Of a DNA stretch of 64,000 bases, positions 17,968 to 28,187 are shown in pieces. The stretch's first letter is position 1; each line of letters starts with the position of its first letter. The position numbers were made by a program, and so were the translations under genes. Origin of the DNA: Anaerocolumna sp. (GTDB taxonomy: Bacteria; Bacillota; Clostridia; Lachnospirales; Lachnospiraceae); assembly GCA_029239455.1 (NCBI GenBank), contig JAQZAX010000001.1, positions 3,539-67,538 of the forward strand, given 5' to 3'. The notes under the pieces are model-generated. The model was not told where the DNA came from and searched no databases. It worked only from the letters and a program-made list of their open reading frames with translations.

Positions 17968-19396
17968 TCATCATTATTAAAAAATCATTTATGAATTTTT
18001 TAAGTTCTTTATCAATAAAAAATAAAATAACTAAAGTACCTACTAAAAAAACTATTCCTCCTGCAATTATTTGTAAGATAATAGTTTTAATACTTATTCC
18101 GTAATTTCCTCCGATTAGTCGCATAGATAAATACATTAATATTCCAGTCATGATATAAGGAATAGTTTTTATATATATATTTATAAAGCTTATTTCTTTA
18201 TTTACAACTATTGTCATCATTGTCATAATTAAAAATTCTGTAAAAAGTATACTTATTAGTGCCCCATATACATGAATCCTTGGAATTAGCACAAAATTCA
18301 GTATTATATTTACTATGGAACCAATTACTTCGAAGCATGAATAAATTTTTTCTTTGTTGTTTGGAATAAAATACAGCTGAGTTAATGTATGATTAATTGA
18401 TATCATTATAATTATAGGTGAAAGAAAATGCATTAAACTTCCACTTACTATAAATTCATTACCATAAAATACTGGTGCCAATTCAATTGAACAACCAGCT
18501 AAAGCAAAAGTCATTGCTATAGATAAAATTGTTATAATTCGAATAGAAAAATATAAAATTATATTCGCTTTCTTTTCTTGTTTGTTATAAATAAGATATG
18601 ATATTTTAGGAAATATCACATTATTTACAGCAATAATAAATCCAACAGCTATAGTTCCAAACTTTTCTGCATTTGAATAATATGCAACATACTTGTTTGA
18701 TAGCGTATAACCTAACATTAGTTTGTCAAAAAGCTTATAAATATTAATTGATATGATCGGGATAAAAAGTAATAAACTTGATTTTAGGTGATGCATAATA
18801 TTTTTTTTATTTATATTTTTAATTTTAAATTTTTCTTTCAAATTTATCCATAATATTAATTGACCACTAAATGAACCTAAAGACATTATTAAGGTATAAA
18901 TTAACAAATCTTCCTTTTTATGTACGAACAAAAAAATGCATATTATTATAATAATTTTAATAAATATATTTCTGATTATTATGGCTTTAAATTCTTCTTT
19001 TCCAATATAAAACCAGCTAATATCTAATGCTATTGAAAGATAATATAGTAATTGAATACTCAATAACATTTTATTCGATGAAATTAGAACAATAAAGATT
19101 ATATAATTTATAGCTAAAATCAATGATAAAAATATTTGTAAAGCTACTATTTCTTTAAATATTCTGTTTATTTCAATATCACTATTTCTTACTCCTGATA
19201 TATATCTACTTCCATAATTAAATATACCTAACGTAGCAAAAAGGCCAAAATATCCAGCAATTGTTTGGGTATATAAATAAGTACCCAAATTTTCTGCCCC
19301 AAGAATTCTAGATATATATGGTGATGTAATTAGTGGTATAAGTATTGCAAATAGTTGATATATTGTATTATAAAGTAAATTTTTTATAGTTCTCAT
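17927..19396 (-). CDS. Wzx flippase (set B)
   Basis: KNLLYNTIYQ..IPLITSPYISRILG; many TMs. Confidence 0.9.
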   Translation of the reverse strand: MRTIKNLLYNTIYQLFAILIPLITSPYISRILGAENLGTYLYTQTIAGYFGLFATLGIFNYGSRYISGVRNSDIEINRIFKEIVALQIFLSLILAINYIIFIVLISSNKMLLSIQLLYYLSIALDISWFYIGKEEFKAIIIRNIFIKIIIIICIFLFVHKKEDLLIYTLIMSLGSFSGQLILWINLKEKFKIKNINKKNIMHHLKSSLLLFIPIISINIYKLFDKLMLGYTLSNKYVAYYSNAEKFGTIAVGFIIAVNNVIFPKISYLIYNKQEKKANIILYFSIRIITILSIAMTFALAGCSIELAPVFYGNEFIVSGSLMHFLSPIIIMISINHTLTQLYFIPNNKEKIYSCFEVIGSIVNIILNFVLIPRIHVYGALISILFTEFLIMTMMTIVVNKEISFINIYIKTIPYIMTGILMYLSMRLIGGNYGISIKTIILQIIAGGIVFLVGTLVILFFIDKELKKFINDFLIMMNERRKLQKYVTSN

Positions 19397-19403
19397 TAGA
19401 TTA

Positions 19404-20609
19404 TTATGCCTCTTTTATTTGATAATTGTATTTTCTTTTAAACTTAAAATAATTAAATTCACTAATCAGCAAATAGAACATTATGAGAGTTAATGTATTT
19501 GTTAGTATATGAGAAGTAAGCATTACTGAAAATAAAAATAGAGCTAAAAAATATGACCAATAGCTTTTTGATGCATTTTTAAACTGCATATATGTAAATA
19601 CAATTGTTCCAACTAATGTACATTCATAATAGATGCGAAAAACATCATTATGCAAATTTCCTGCTGCACTCATAGCTCCATTATATATGTTGCTTATAAA
19701 ATAAGTTGTAGTACCAAGTCCGTAATTTATAATTTGGGAATCAATTAAAGCATTAATTAAATCTATTCTCCCCATTGTAAAATCATTAATATTTAACCCC
19801 AAATATAAATAAAACCAATCAGAAAATTTATCAGTAAGTATAATATAGATAATAAATGGGCTAATACAAAAAATTAAAACTGTAATCTTTATAAGTTTTT
19901 TATTTACCATACCTTTTGCATAATATTTAATTTTATTACTATGTAAAACAAAATTATACAATATCAGCAGCGTCAAAAAAATTATATGAATTCTCTTAAA
20001 TGCTAGTAGACAAAAGAAGGCACTTATAATAAATTTATACTTTTGGCCTGTATATGCATAGTGCATACAACATAAGAAAAAGTAATCTGCCAATATTGAT
20101 TCATATGGTGAATATGAATTAATAAAAGATATATTAAATAATTGTTCTACAGATAGTTGAGACCCAAACAATTTAATAAAATAAATAATTGAACAATATA
20201 GAATAATATCAAAATAATAGGAACCTAAAATCTGCTTATCATAATTACTAATCAAAAATACTGTTATTATTGGCATTGCAAAAAAGAAAATTTCTTTCAA
20301 AAGGTATAGCTTAAATTGTCCATTTATTATCTGAAATCCAACGGATATTATTGCCAAAACAGCAATCGCTTTTATTATATTTTTAAACTCATCAAAATAA
20401 TATAGCTTCGTTAAACCACGTTTCATAGTGAATTGAATTAATACAGGCATCCCCCAGATTACACAATTAAAACATAGAATAATGTATTTGATATCAAGTC
20501 CTTTATAGTCTATAATTGATGTTAAGAAGTATACACCGACAAAAATAAAAAAAAGCAAATTACTGATAAATTTTTTTCTAGCAATTATCATTTTCCCTCC
20601 ATAATTCAT
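19404..20609 (-). CDS. Putative Wzy polymerase (set B)
   Basis: Highly hydrophobic, GLG...LHND..R motif in large late loop. Confidence 0.7.
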   Translation of the reverse strand: MNYGGKMIIARKKFISNLLFFIFVGVYFLTSIIDYKGLDIKYIILCFNCVIWGMPVLIQFTMKRGLTKLYYFDEFKNIIKAIAVLAIISVGFQIINGQFKLYLLKEIFFFAMPIITVFLISNYDKQILGSYYFDIILYCSIIYFIKLFGSQLSVEQLFNISFINSYSPYESILADYFFLCCMHYAYTGQKYKFIISAFFCLLAFKRIHIIFLTLLILYNFVLHSNKIKYYAKGMVNKKLIKITVLIFCISPFIIYIILTDKFSDWFYLYLGLNINDFTMGRIDLINALIDSQIINYGLGTTTYFISNIYNGAMSAAGNLHNDVFRIYYECTLVGTIVFTYMQFKNASKSYWSYFLALFLFSVMLTSHILTNTLTLIMFYLLISEFNYFKFKRKYNYQIKEA

Positions 20610-20628
20610 CTATTTAGGATATTTTATG

Positions 20629-21699
20629 CTATCCTTCAAGAGTTGTTTTTAGTATTTTTTCAACTTCTTTTGCCATTATTTTTTCATTACATTTATCTTT
20701 TAAAAACATATACGCAGAGTTTCCAATTCTTTCTCTAATCTCCTTATTTCTTATTGCGAAATTAATAACCTTTGCACAATCATAAATATTTCCTGCTTCA
20801 TATAACAATGCTGTTTTTCCATCATCGACATAATCGGATATACTTGGAACTCTGGCAGCAACTACTAATTTGCAAAACGACATTTGCTGTAAAAGTGTCA
20901 TTTGACCATAGGAATAATTAAAGGACTCTAATGGAAGGACACAAAATTGGGCATTATAGATTTGACTTTTTAATTCATTAACAGGGATAAAAGGCAACTG
21001 TTCAATTCCCTTGATATTTTTATAACTTTCATTAATATGACCAACTAATCTAAGTTTTATGTCTGTCTGTAATAATTGGTAAGCTTGCACCAAGGTATCC
21101 CAATCTCTTTTTGAGTATCCCACGCATAAAATATAACTATTTGAATCTTTTGATTTTTCAAGTGCATGGATACCAAAAAATTCCATATCTGCTCCAAATC
21201 TAATAAATTCCGACTTATTAAGTAACCAAGGGAAGAACCTTCTGTAATAATTAATTTGACTACTAGTATGATATATTACCCCGTCAATTGATTTACTTGC
21301 AAATTCCATCAGCTTTAGTGCAGCTCCCTTTTCTGCTGCGCTATTAAAAGAACCAATATCAAACACTACATGTTTAGCTCTTGTTCTAAATATTCTTCTT
21401 ATCAATGCCAAGACAATACCACTTTGCATACCATGGGAAAGTATCAGATCATAATTCTTTATTTTTAATAAACTTATAAATGTTTGAATGATGTAGAATC
21501 TTAAATTATTCTTTTCAAAATTTTCAATCAACTTACAGGAATGTATATCAATTACATCAACATCAACAGGTTGATCAAAGTATCTAAAAAACCAATATTT
21601 GTCGCCATATATGTAATAATCAGGCGGTTGCTTATCATCCGGTCGTTTACTTATGTATTCAATTTTCCAGTTTACAAGCATTAAGATACGCATATACAT
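20629..21699 (-). CDS. GT4 (GT-B) glycosyltransferase
   Basis: ILCVG..KRD, VLPL...SYGQMTLLQQM, DYVDDGKT. Confidence 0.8.
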   Translation of the reverse strand: MYMRILMLVNWKIEYISKRPDDKQPPDYYIYGDKYWFFRYFDQPVDVDVIDIHSCKLIENFEKNNLRFYIIQTFISLLKIKNYDLILSHGMQSGIVLALIRRIFRTRAKHVVFDIGSFNSAAEKGAALKLMEFASKSIDGVIYHTSSQINYYRRFFPWLLNKSEFIRFGADMEFFGIHALEKSKDSNSYILCVGYSKRDWDTLVQAYQLLQTDIKLRLVGHINESYKNIKGIEQLPFIPVNELKSQIYNAQFCVLPLESFNYSYGQMTLLQQMSFCKLVVAARVPSISDYVDDGKTALLYEAGNIYDCAKVINFAIRNKEIRERIGNSAYMFLKDKCNEKIMAKEVEKILKTTLEG

Positions 21700-21701
21700 C
21701 C

Positions 21702-22712
21702 TTATCTATAATTAATGAAATAATCTTTATGGTTTAAGCTATATTTATTTCTTCTTAGAATCTTATGCCTTACAACCCACCACCCCGGCACCCAAATATA
21801 CTTATGCATCGCAGGTGCTGCACTTCCTATCATCCAGCAGTTTCTATCACATTGTTTCGTGTGCTCTCTAACTTCCTTTGCTTGCTTGGAGTTCCATAAT
21901 TCCTCCCATAATTGTACGTGTAGGTTACCCATAACTGCCTTCTTTTCCATACCATTGCACGGGATAACGTCACAAAAGGGATCAATAAAAAATGCATTTT
22001 TAGACATATCGCATGGAAGCAATCGCTTGTTTCCATAGATGTAATTGATAAGGCCATGATTAAAGTAAGCTCTAAACCACTTCTTGGGTGAATTGCTTCT
22101 TAGAAGTTCATTAATTAACTTCTCAAAATTCTGTGCAACTTTAAGCTTGTCCTCAATTATATTGTCTGTCTTTCTAAAGTAGAAAGAATTATGTAATGTT
22201 GCAGTAGCAAACTCCATACCTAATTCATTTGATATCTGATATAAAGGAACCAGATCCTCGCAGTTCATATCCTGCACCGTCATTCCAAAACCCACATCCG
22301 GGTGTCCCATTTCAACAAGCGTCTTAAGTGTGGTATACCCTCTCTCAAAGCCATTTGGAATTCCACGTATTGCATTATTTGTTTCCTGAAGTCCTTCAAT
22401 GCTGATACGAATACCAACCGTAGGAAAGCGTTTACATAAATCAATAATTCTATCGGTAAAAAAACCATTGGTAGAGATAACAATACGATCCGATTTCTTG
22501 TAAAGCTCTTCAACTATCTCTGGGATATCTTTCCTTATAAATGGTTCCCCTCCAGTAATATTAGTAAAGGCCATTTCAGGCAGCTTCTTTATATCCTCCA
22601 ATGTAATTTCTTCACTTGGTTTCGTTGGATCCTTATAACAGTCGCACATATTGCAGCGTGCATTACATCGATATGTAATAATTACCGTCCCATACAGTGT
22701 TCTTCTTGCCAT
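21702..22712 (-). CDS. Radical SAM/SPASM(twitch) protein among glycosyltransferases
   Basis: CNARCNMC, TGGEP, C-terminal LPC...PCNG...CDRNCW; start refined to 22712. Confidence 0.88.
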   Translation of the reverse strand: MARRTLYGTVIITYRCNARCNMCDCYKDPTKPSEEITLEDIKKLPEMAFTNITGGEPFIRKDIPEIVEELYKKSDRIVISTNGFFTDRIIDLCKRFPTVGIRISIEGLQETNNAIRGIPNGFERGYTTLKTLVEMGHPDVGFGMTVQDMNCEDLVPLYQISNELGMEFATATLHNSFYFRKTDNIIEDKLKVAQNFEKLINELLRSNSPKKWFRAYFNHGLINYIYGNKRLLPCDMSKNAFFIDPFCDVIPCNGMEKKAVMGNLHVQLWEELWNSKQAKEVREHTKQCDRNCWMIGSAAPAMHKYIWVPGWWVVRHKILRRNKYSLNHKDYFINYR

Positions 22713-22765
22713 ATTACTGTCCTTTCTCATCAATACATGTAATTTTGACTTTAAGAAAGCCCCTT

Positions 22766-23965
22766 TTATGCTTCATAAATCCCCATCAATTTAGTACAAT
22801 ATGTTGCAAGATTATCAAATTTAATTTCTTTACAGTTTTTAGAATATAATATTGTCTTTGATTTATCTTCCCATAATAGTTCTATCTTTTTCTTTAACTC
22901 ACCAAAATCTCCACTTACAAATAATTCTCCCGTTACGCCAACATTGATAAGTTCTGGAATTCCTCCAATATCTGCTCCAAGTACCGGAGTACCATATAAT
23001 AGCGATTCCATAACGGAAAATGGACAATTTTCATACCATTCCGAAGGATATATGCTAAACTTTGCATTTCGAATGAGCATCTCTAAGTTTTCACCTGTCT
23101 GGAAGCCCATGTTTTTAATATTTGTAACATCATTAATCTCTTCTTCCAAAGGTCCCGTTCCAGCAAAAACAAATGGAATATCTGGAAGTGTTTTACACAC
23201 TTCAATCAAAGTTTTTATTCCTTTTTCCTTTGAAAATCGTCCAAAGTAAAGAATGTAGTCATCCTTCTCCACCTCTTTCCACTTAACTTCATCTATAAAA
23301 TTATGAAATGTAGCTGTTTTATTTTCAAACAAAGGGTTAGAGCTCATTTTCTCTGCCAGAAAACGGCTAGGGCAAATGATTGCATCCAAATATTTATATG
23401 TTCTTAGTTTCTGATATAAATAACCTTCCATCATGCCGAAAAAACTTTTTACAGTGGATCCATGAATGCATTTTTCTTTCAAACAGTGAATAAAGTTACC
23501 TTTCATACATTTTTCACACGTTTCCCCCGTAACAGGGTTACTCATCATATGATTCGGGCATACCAGCTGATAATCATGTGCCGTATATACAATCCTAACT
23601 TTCTCTTTTCTCTGTCTCTCATATTTCCTTATTTCATAAATAATAGAAGGTGTCAGCTGAAAATTGAAATTATTTAAATGCACTACTTGCGGTTGAAATG
23701 TATCTAGTACTTTTCGAATTTTCTTTCTTGCTTCTGTTGAATAAATTATTTTAAAGGGATACATCAATTTTTCTAAATTATTTGTGTGAAAATCCATGTT
23801 TGCTGTATAACTTTCCGCGCTGTTACCCACGACTCTCTTCTCATGTTCCATCCCAAAGTATTCAACTTCATGTCCCCTCTTTTTCAGGTAATCTCCCAGC
23901 TTAAACATATATGTTTCTGACCCACCATTGGGGTAGAGGAATTTATTAACCATTAAAATCTTCAT
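22766..23965 (-). CDS. GT4 glycosyltransferase
   Basis: GGSETY, YFGR..EKG, PSEWYENCPFSVMES. Confidence 0.9.
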   Translation of the reverse strand: MKILMVNKFLYPNGGSETYMFKLGDYLKKRGHEVEYFGMEHEKRVVGNSAESYTANMDFHTNNLEKLMYPFKIIYSTEARKKIRKVLDTFQPQVVHLNNFNFQLTPSIIYEIRKYERQRKEKVRIVYTAHDYQLVCPNHMMSNPVTGETCEKCMKGNFIHCLKEKCIHGSTVKSFFGMMEGYLYQKLRTYKYLDAIICPSRFLAEKMSSNPLFENKTATFHNFIDEVKWKEVEKDDYILYFGRFSKEKGIKTLIEVCKTLPDIPFVFAGTGPLEEEINDVTNIKNMGFQTGENLEMLIRNAKFSIYPSEWYENCPFSVMESLLYGTPVLGADIGGIPELINVGVTGELFVSGDFGELKKKIELLWEDKSKTILYSKNCKEIKFDNLATYCTKLMGIYEA

Positions 23966-25196
23966 GATATACCTTCGTTTCTTTTAAGTAATTAGTTGGC
24001 TGTACCTTTCTATATAGCCTACCGGTTTTCTCTACTACTAAATCCCAGTCATATTTATTACATATAAATTTACTGGCTGTATTTTTATATTGATTTACTA
24101 TTTCTGAATTGTTCAAAAGCCCAGTAAGCTTGTCCATCAGATCCTGGGTATTGCTTTTCTCAAATACAACTGCCCTATCTTCCACAACCTCTGTACACTC
24201 TGGAATATCCGATACGACACAGCAGTTTCCATAACTCATTGCCTCCAATAAGCTGATTGGCATCCCCTCTAAGTCAGAGGGTAATACATACAGATAAGCA
24301 TTACTATATAGTTCTTCTAATTCTTCTCCCTGGACAAAGTCTGTGAAGACTACTCTGTTGTCATCTGCTGCCTTTCTTTTTATTTCCTTTAGAAAGCTGT
24401 CTGTATGACTGCTGCCACCGGCAATTACCAGCTTTTTCGTTCCATCTACACTCTTATATGCATCAATCAGGTATTGTAGCCCTTTCTCAGGTACGATTCT
24501 TCCTAAATATAAGATGTAGTCGTCCTTCTTCAGGTTCCATTTTCTAGCTATGATACTGGCTTCTTTTATAACTGGTTTTTCTATGCCATTTGGAATGAAT
24601 CTGACTTTGCGATTGTAGGTGTCTAAGAAATATTTCTGGGCATTCTTAGAGAGTACAATTACTTCATCTGCATATTTAGCAGCAATAGTTTCGCCAAACT
24701 TCAAATATTTTGTGGCTATGCCACCCCATTTTGCTCTCTGCCAGTCAAGTCCATGAATCGTTGCTACCGTTCGTATACCAACTAGATGGGGAAGCCATAA
24801 CATGGCACAAGGCCCCTCTGCATGATAATGGATACAATCATAGTGACCAAAGAGTGCGCGAAATGTTGCCAGCACAGAGTATACCAGGGCATTTAGTTTC
24901 CCGTTCTTAAACGTCGGTATTGTAAGGAGTTTTATGCCTTTATATTCAGAACTAGCTTTTCTGAAACTACTGTCTACGATTCCGCAATGGAATCCTTTAC
25001 CGGAAACATGATGCCCCCTGCGATTATAGGCATGTACTTTATGTCCGTATTTAACTAACCGGGCTGCGAGTTCCTCAACCACAATTTCTATTCCTCCCTC
25101 CCTCGAAGGAATACGCTTGTGTCCAATCATTGCAATTTTTAAGGATGGTTCACTTTCATCATTCGTATCAATCCTATGACCATCTTTATATTTCAC
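23946..25196 (-). CDS. GT4 glycosyltransferase
   Basis: REGGIE, YLGRIVPEKG, PSDLEGMPISLLEAM. Confidence 0.9.
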   Translation of the reverse strand: MKYKDGHRIDTNDESEPSLKIAMIGHKRIPSREGGIEIVVEELAARLVKYGHKVHAYNRRGHHVSGKGFHCGIVDSSFRKASSEYKGIKLLTIPTFKNGKLNALVYSVLATFRALFGHYDCIHYHAEGPCAMLWLPHLVGIRTVATIHGLDWQRAKWGGIATKYLKFGETIAAKYADEVIVLSKNAQKYFLDTYNRKVRFIPNGIEKPVIKEASIIARKWNLKKDDYILYLGRIVPEKGLQYLIDAYKSVDGTKKLVIAGGSSHTDSFLKEIKRKAADDNRVVFTDFVQGEELEELYSNAYLYVLPSDLEGMPISLLEAMSYGNCCVVSDIPECTEVVEDRAVVFEKSNTQDLMDKLTGLLNNSEIVNQYKNTASKFICNKYDWDLVVEKTGRLYRKVQPTNYLKETKVYHEDFNG

Positions 25197-25313
25197 TAAT
25201 TTTACCTCTCACCTGATAATCTTTGTAACTCAACTGTATTTTTCTGCTATATCTTTCCGCTATATCTTTCTGCTATTTTAAATATGCCCTCTGTTTATTA
25301 TTTACAGGCTTTA

Positions 25314-25820
25314 CTAAATCTTCTTTACAATCTCTAGTCCAACTTTCACATCCATCTTCCTCCCAAAGAACTCTACTTCGATGACTGCGCTTCTTTTATG
25401 TCTGTCGATCTTTTTTATGGTTCCTTCAAAGTCTTTCATTGGTCCATCGGTAATGACAATCCAGTCGTTTTCCATATGGCCTTGTGATAATTTAATCAGG
25501 TGATCCTCTTTTCCAAATTTCTTAAGAAATTTAACTTCTTTCTCGTACAAAGCAATCACGCCGTCTTCGTCTCCAAGTATCTTTGTTAAGGTTGGGATTT
25601 TCTTTACTGCCACTCTTAAGCCATCGATTTGTTCACTAATCATAAAGATGTATCCGGGAAATAATACTTCTGTATCTATATGCCAGCTCCCAAAGTATTT
25701 CACTTTCTTTTCATACCGGGGGATAAAACATTCCTCAAGGAATTCCTCGGGAATCATAATATTACATAGAGTTTTTACCTTTTCTTCCTGTCCTGTTCTT
25801 ACTTGAACGGCATACCACAT
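25314..25820 (-). CDS. loaP: LoaP/UpxY-type NusG paralog antiterminator
   Basis: MWYAVQVRTGQE, LFPGYIF, GP..D.EG.I.KIDRHKR.A; AGGAGG SD before ATG 25820. Confidence 0.85.
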   Translation of the reverse strand: MWYAVQVRTGQEEKVKTLCNIMIPEEFLEECFIPRYEKKVKYFGSWHIDTEVLFPGYIFMISEQIDGLRVAVKKIPTLTKILGDEDGVIALYEKEVKFLKKFGKEDHLIKLSQGHMENDWIVITDGPMKDFEGTIKKIDRHKRSAVIEVEFFGRKMDVKVGLEIVKKI

Positions 25821-26067
25821 ATTTCCTCCTTTTAGGGTAGGCTTCGCCATTCCACAAATAAGTATTTTTATTTTCTTACTTGTGAACCGCAATCCCTATG
25901 TCATTTAGCTCAGCAAAACGCGACAACGCGACGATTTTACGTTCTAAAATTTAACCCTTTACTTAGACTCTTTCGTTTCTTCCCTCATGTTACTTTTAGA
26001 CTTAACAAATAGCTTGTCCACTTATCATATTGTGTCTGCATCTTCTTTGTACTTCTTATCTTTCGTT

Positions 26068-26113
26068 CTTTTTCTTCTTATCTGTTGTTCCTTTTTCTTC
26101 TTATCTGTTGTTC
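26068..26113. repeat. 23-bp perfect tandem duplication
   Basis: CTTTTTCTTCTTATCTGTTGTTC x2 with degenerate flanking copies. Confidence 0.9.
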
Positions 26114-26164
26114 CTTTTACTTCATCTCTTTTGTTCTTCAATATAACCTCTGATCTTTTGTTTA

Positions 26165-28171
26165 CTATCTCCCTATCTCATGCTCCCCATAATACTTGCC
26201 ATAATATTTACCATAGGCTTTCCCATAGTATCCCTTACGGCTTACCTCTACTTTATTTAACACGGCTCCAAGCACTCTGCATTTACCCTTCTCCAATTGA
26301 CTTAATACTTTCTGCGCCAGCTTGTAGCTTATGTTATTTGACTCGATTACCATGATGGTGCCATCACACGCCTGGGCGACATTGGCACTATCAATTACGA
26401 TTCCAAGGGGCGGAGTGTCAATGATAATGTAATCATAAATTTCCCGTTGGGATTTTAGCAGCTCTTTTAATGTATCACTGCCTAACATTTCCGAAGGATT
26501 GGGCGGTATTGGTCCCGTAAATATAATGTCAACATTCTCAACGTTACTTTTATTGATTACCTCTTCTAACTCATTCATTCCCGATAGATATTGGGACAGA
26601 CCATAGGCGGCTTTTTCAATCTTTAATCTACTAATGATAACTGATTTGCGAAGGTCTGCATCTATAAACAATACTTTTTTCCCGCTTTCCGCTATGGTCT
26701 TTGCTAATCGAAAGGACACAACCGTTTTCCCTTCATTGGGCAAACAACTTGTGATGCAGATTGTTTTAACTTCTTTACCGCAGAACAAGATATTGGTCCT
26801 TAGAGTTTTATAGGCTTCACTACTTGCAAAGTCTAACTTGCTTTCTTCCATCTTGATATCTATATTTTTATCTGATACCATCTTAGTTTTGTCATTTACT
26901 ATATCCACACTCTTTGCGTTTGTCTTAGATTCCGTACTAGACTCTAATTTATTATCTGTTTTTTCATTCTCCCCATCTTCTGCTGCATACTTCTCATCTA
27001 TTGTTAAGCATTCATCTGCAACGGATTCCCTATTTAATCTTTTTGAATCTTCTTTTCCTAAATCAGCATCTCGTTTTTTGTAATCTTTGATTTCAGAGTA
27101 ATCTTCCCATATTAATTCTTCTGCCTCTGTATCTTCCTCCTTGTCAGCATACATACGTTCACCATGGCCTATCATTACACTCAGTTCGATATCTGCTTTT
27201 TCTCTATCTATATGAATTGTATTTGTTTCATTTACTTCACCAACCCCATTCTCCCCATGATTCTCTATGCTGGTTTTACTTTCATTCTTTTCCGAAGGAA
27301 CCACTATCCTACTGGTCCCTGCTTTTAAACGTTCTGCTTTCTCTCTATTCACCTTTTTTACTTTGGATTTGTTTACTTTGAATTTCTTTACTTTCACATT
27401 CTTTTCTTTTTTCTCTTTTTTTCCTGCTCTTTTTAACTTTACCTTCCTGGTTCTTTTTCTTCTAAACCATTTCCCCACGAACCTTCGCTTTGATTCTAAC
27501 GGTAATGTTCCAAGGGTAGTAAGCCCAAGATATTTCTCCACATCTTCCAAGCTCTTGATGGTATCATTCATATAGTATACGAAGAGAATTAGGAATGCGG
27601 CTACGAATCCACCGGCCACACCTCCAATGATTGTATTTTTTAGTATACTGGGGCTGGAAGGTTCTAAGGGTAGGTTCCCTGGTTCAACTACATTTACTTT
27701 CTCCATCTCCATTACTGATACCATGCGTTTGGCCGATACTTCTGCAATGGAGTCTGCTAACTGTTTGGCCAATACCGGATTGGTATTTTCTACTTCGATT
27801 TGAAGAATTCGTGTATCTTCCGGAGCCGTTACAGTAATACTGGATACCAAGTCACTATGGGACATGTCTAGATTCAACTCCCGAATCACCTGTTCTGTTA
27901 CCGGACGGCTTAAGACTAGTATTTTATAGTCCATCGTTAACTGGGTACTGGTCTGCAAATCGGAATAAGAGGTATATTCACTATTTTGTCGGTTAATTAC
28001 ATATATCTTAGTACTTGAAGTGTAAATGGGATCTAGTGCATAATAGCTGACAAGCCCTGCGCCTAATGCGCAAATACTTCCTGCGAATATAATAATCCAG
28101 GCCTTCCTTAGCAAAACAAATATCAGCTCTTTCACATCGATCTCTATCTCAGCATTGTTATATTGACGCAT
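26165..28171 (-). CDS. CpsC-CpsD fusion (Wzc-like) with long charged linker, copy 1
   Basis: Wzz N-half; EAYKTLRTN, TSCLPNEGKT, IDADLR, DTPP, YYGKAYGKYYGKYY tail. Confidence 0.88.
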   Translation of the reverse strand: MRQYNNAEIEIDVKELIFVLLRKAWIIIFAGSICALGAGLVSYYALDPIYTSSTKIYVINRQNSEYTSYSDLQTSTQLTMDYKILVLSRPVTEQVIRELNLDMSHSDLVSSITVTAPEDTRILQIEVENTNPVLAKQLADSIAEVSAKRMVSVMEMEKVNVVEPGNLPLEPSSPSILKNTIIGGVAGGFVAAFLILFVYYMNDTIKSLEDVEKYLGLTTLGTLPLESKRRFVGKWFRRKRTRKVKLKRAGKKEKKEKNVKVKKFKVNKSKVKKVNREKAERLKAGTSRIVVPSEKNESKTSIENHGENGVGEVNETNTIHIDREKADIELSVMIGHGERMYADKEEDTEAEELIWEDYSEIKDYKKRDADLGKEDSKRLNRESVADECLTIDEKYAAEDGENEKTDNKLESSTESKTNAKSVDIVNDKTKMVSDKNIDIKMEESKLDFASSEAYKTLRTNILFCGKEVKTICITSCLPNEGKTVVSFRLAKTIAESGKKVLFIDADLRKSVIISRLKIEKAAYGLSQYLSGMNELEEVINKSNVENVDIIFTGPIPPNPSEMLGSDTLKELLKSQREIYDYIIIDTPPLGIVIDSANVAQACDGTIMVIESNNISYKLAQKVLSQLEKGKCRVLGAVLNKVEVSRKGYYGKAYGKYYGKYYGEHEIGR

Positions 28172-28187
28172 TGGATTAACTCCTCTT

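Noticed and set aside
17927-20609. A/T homopolymer runs in wzx/wzy as phase-variation switches
   Set aside because: Runs of about 8 nt are expected in such AT-rich DNA and the frames are intact
25987-26355. 122-aa hydrophobic plus-strand ORF
   Set aside because: Product of pyrimidine-rich tandem repeats and antisense overlap with the Wzc gene
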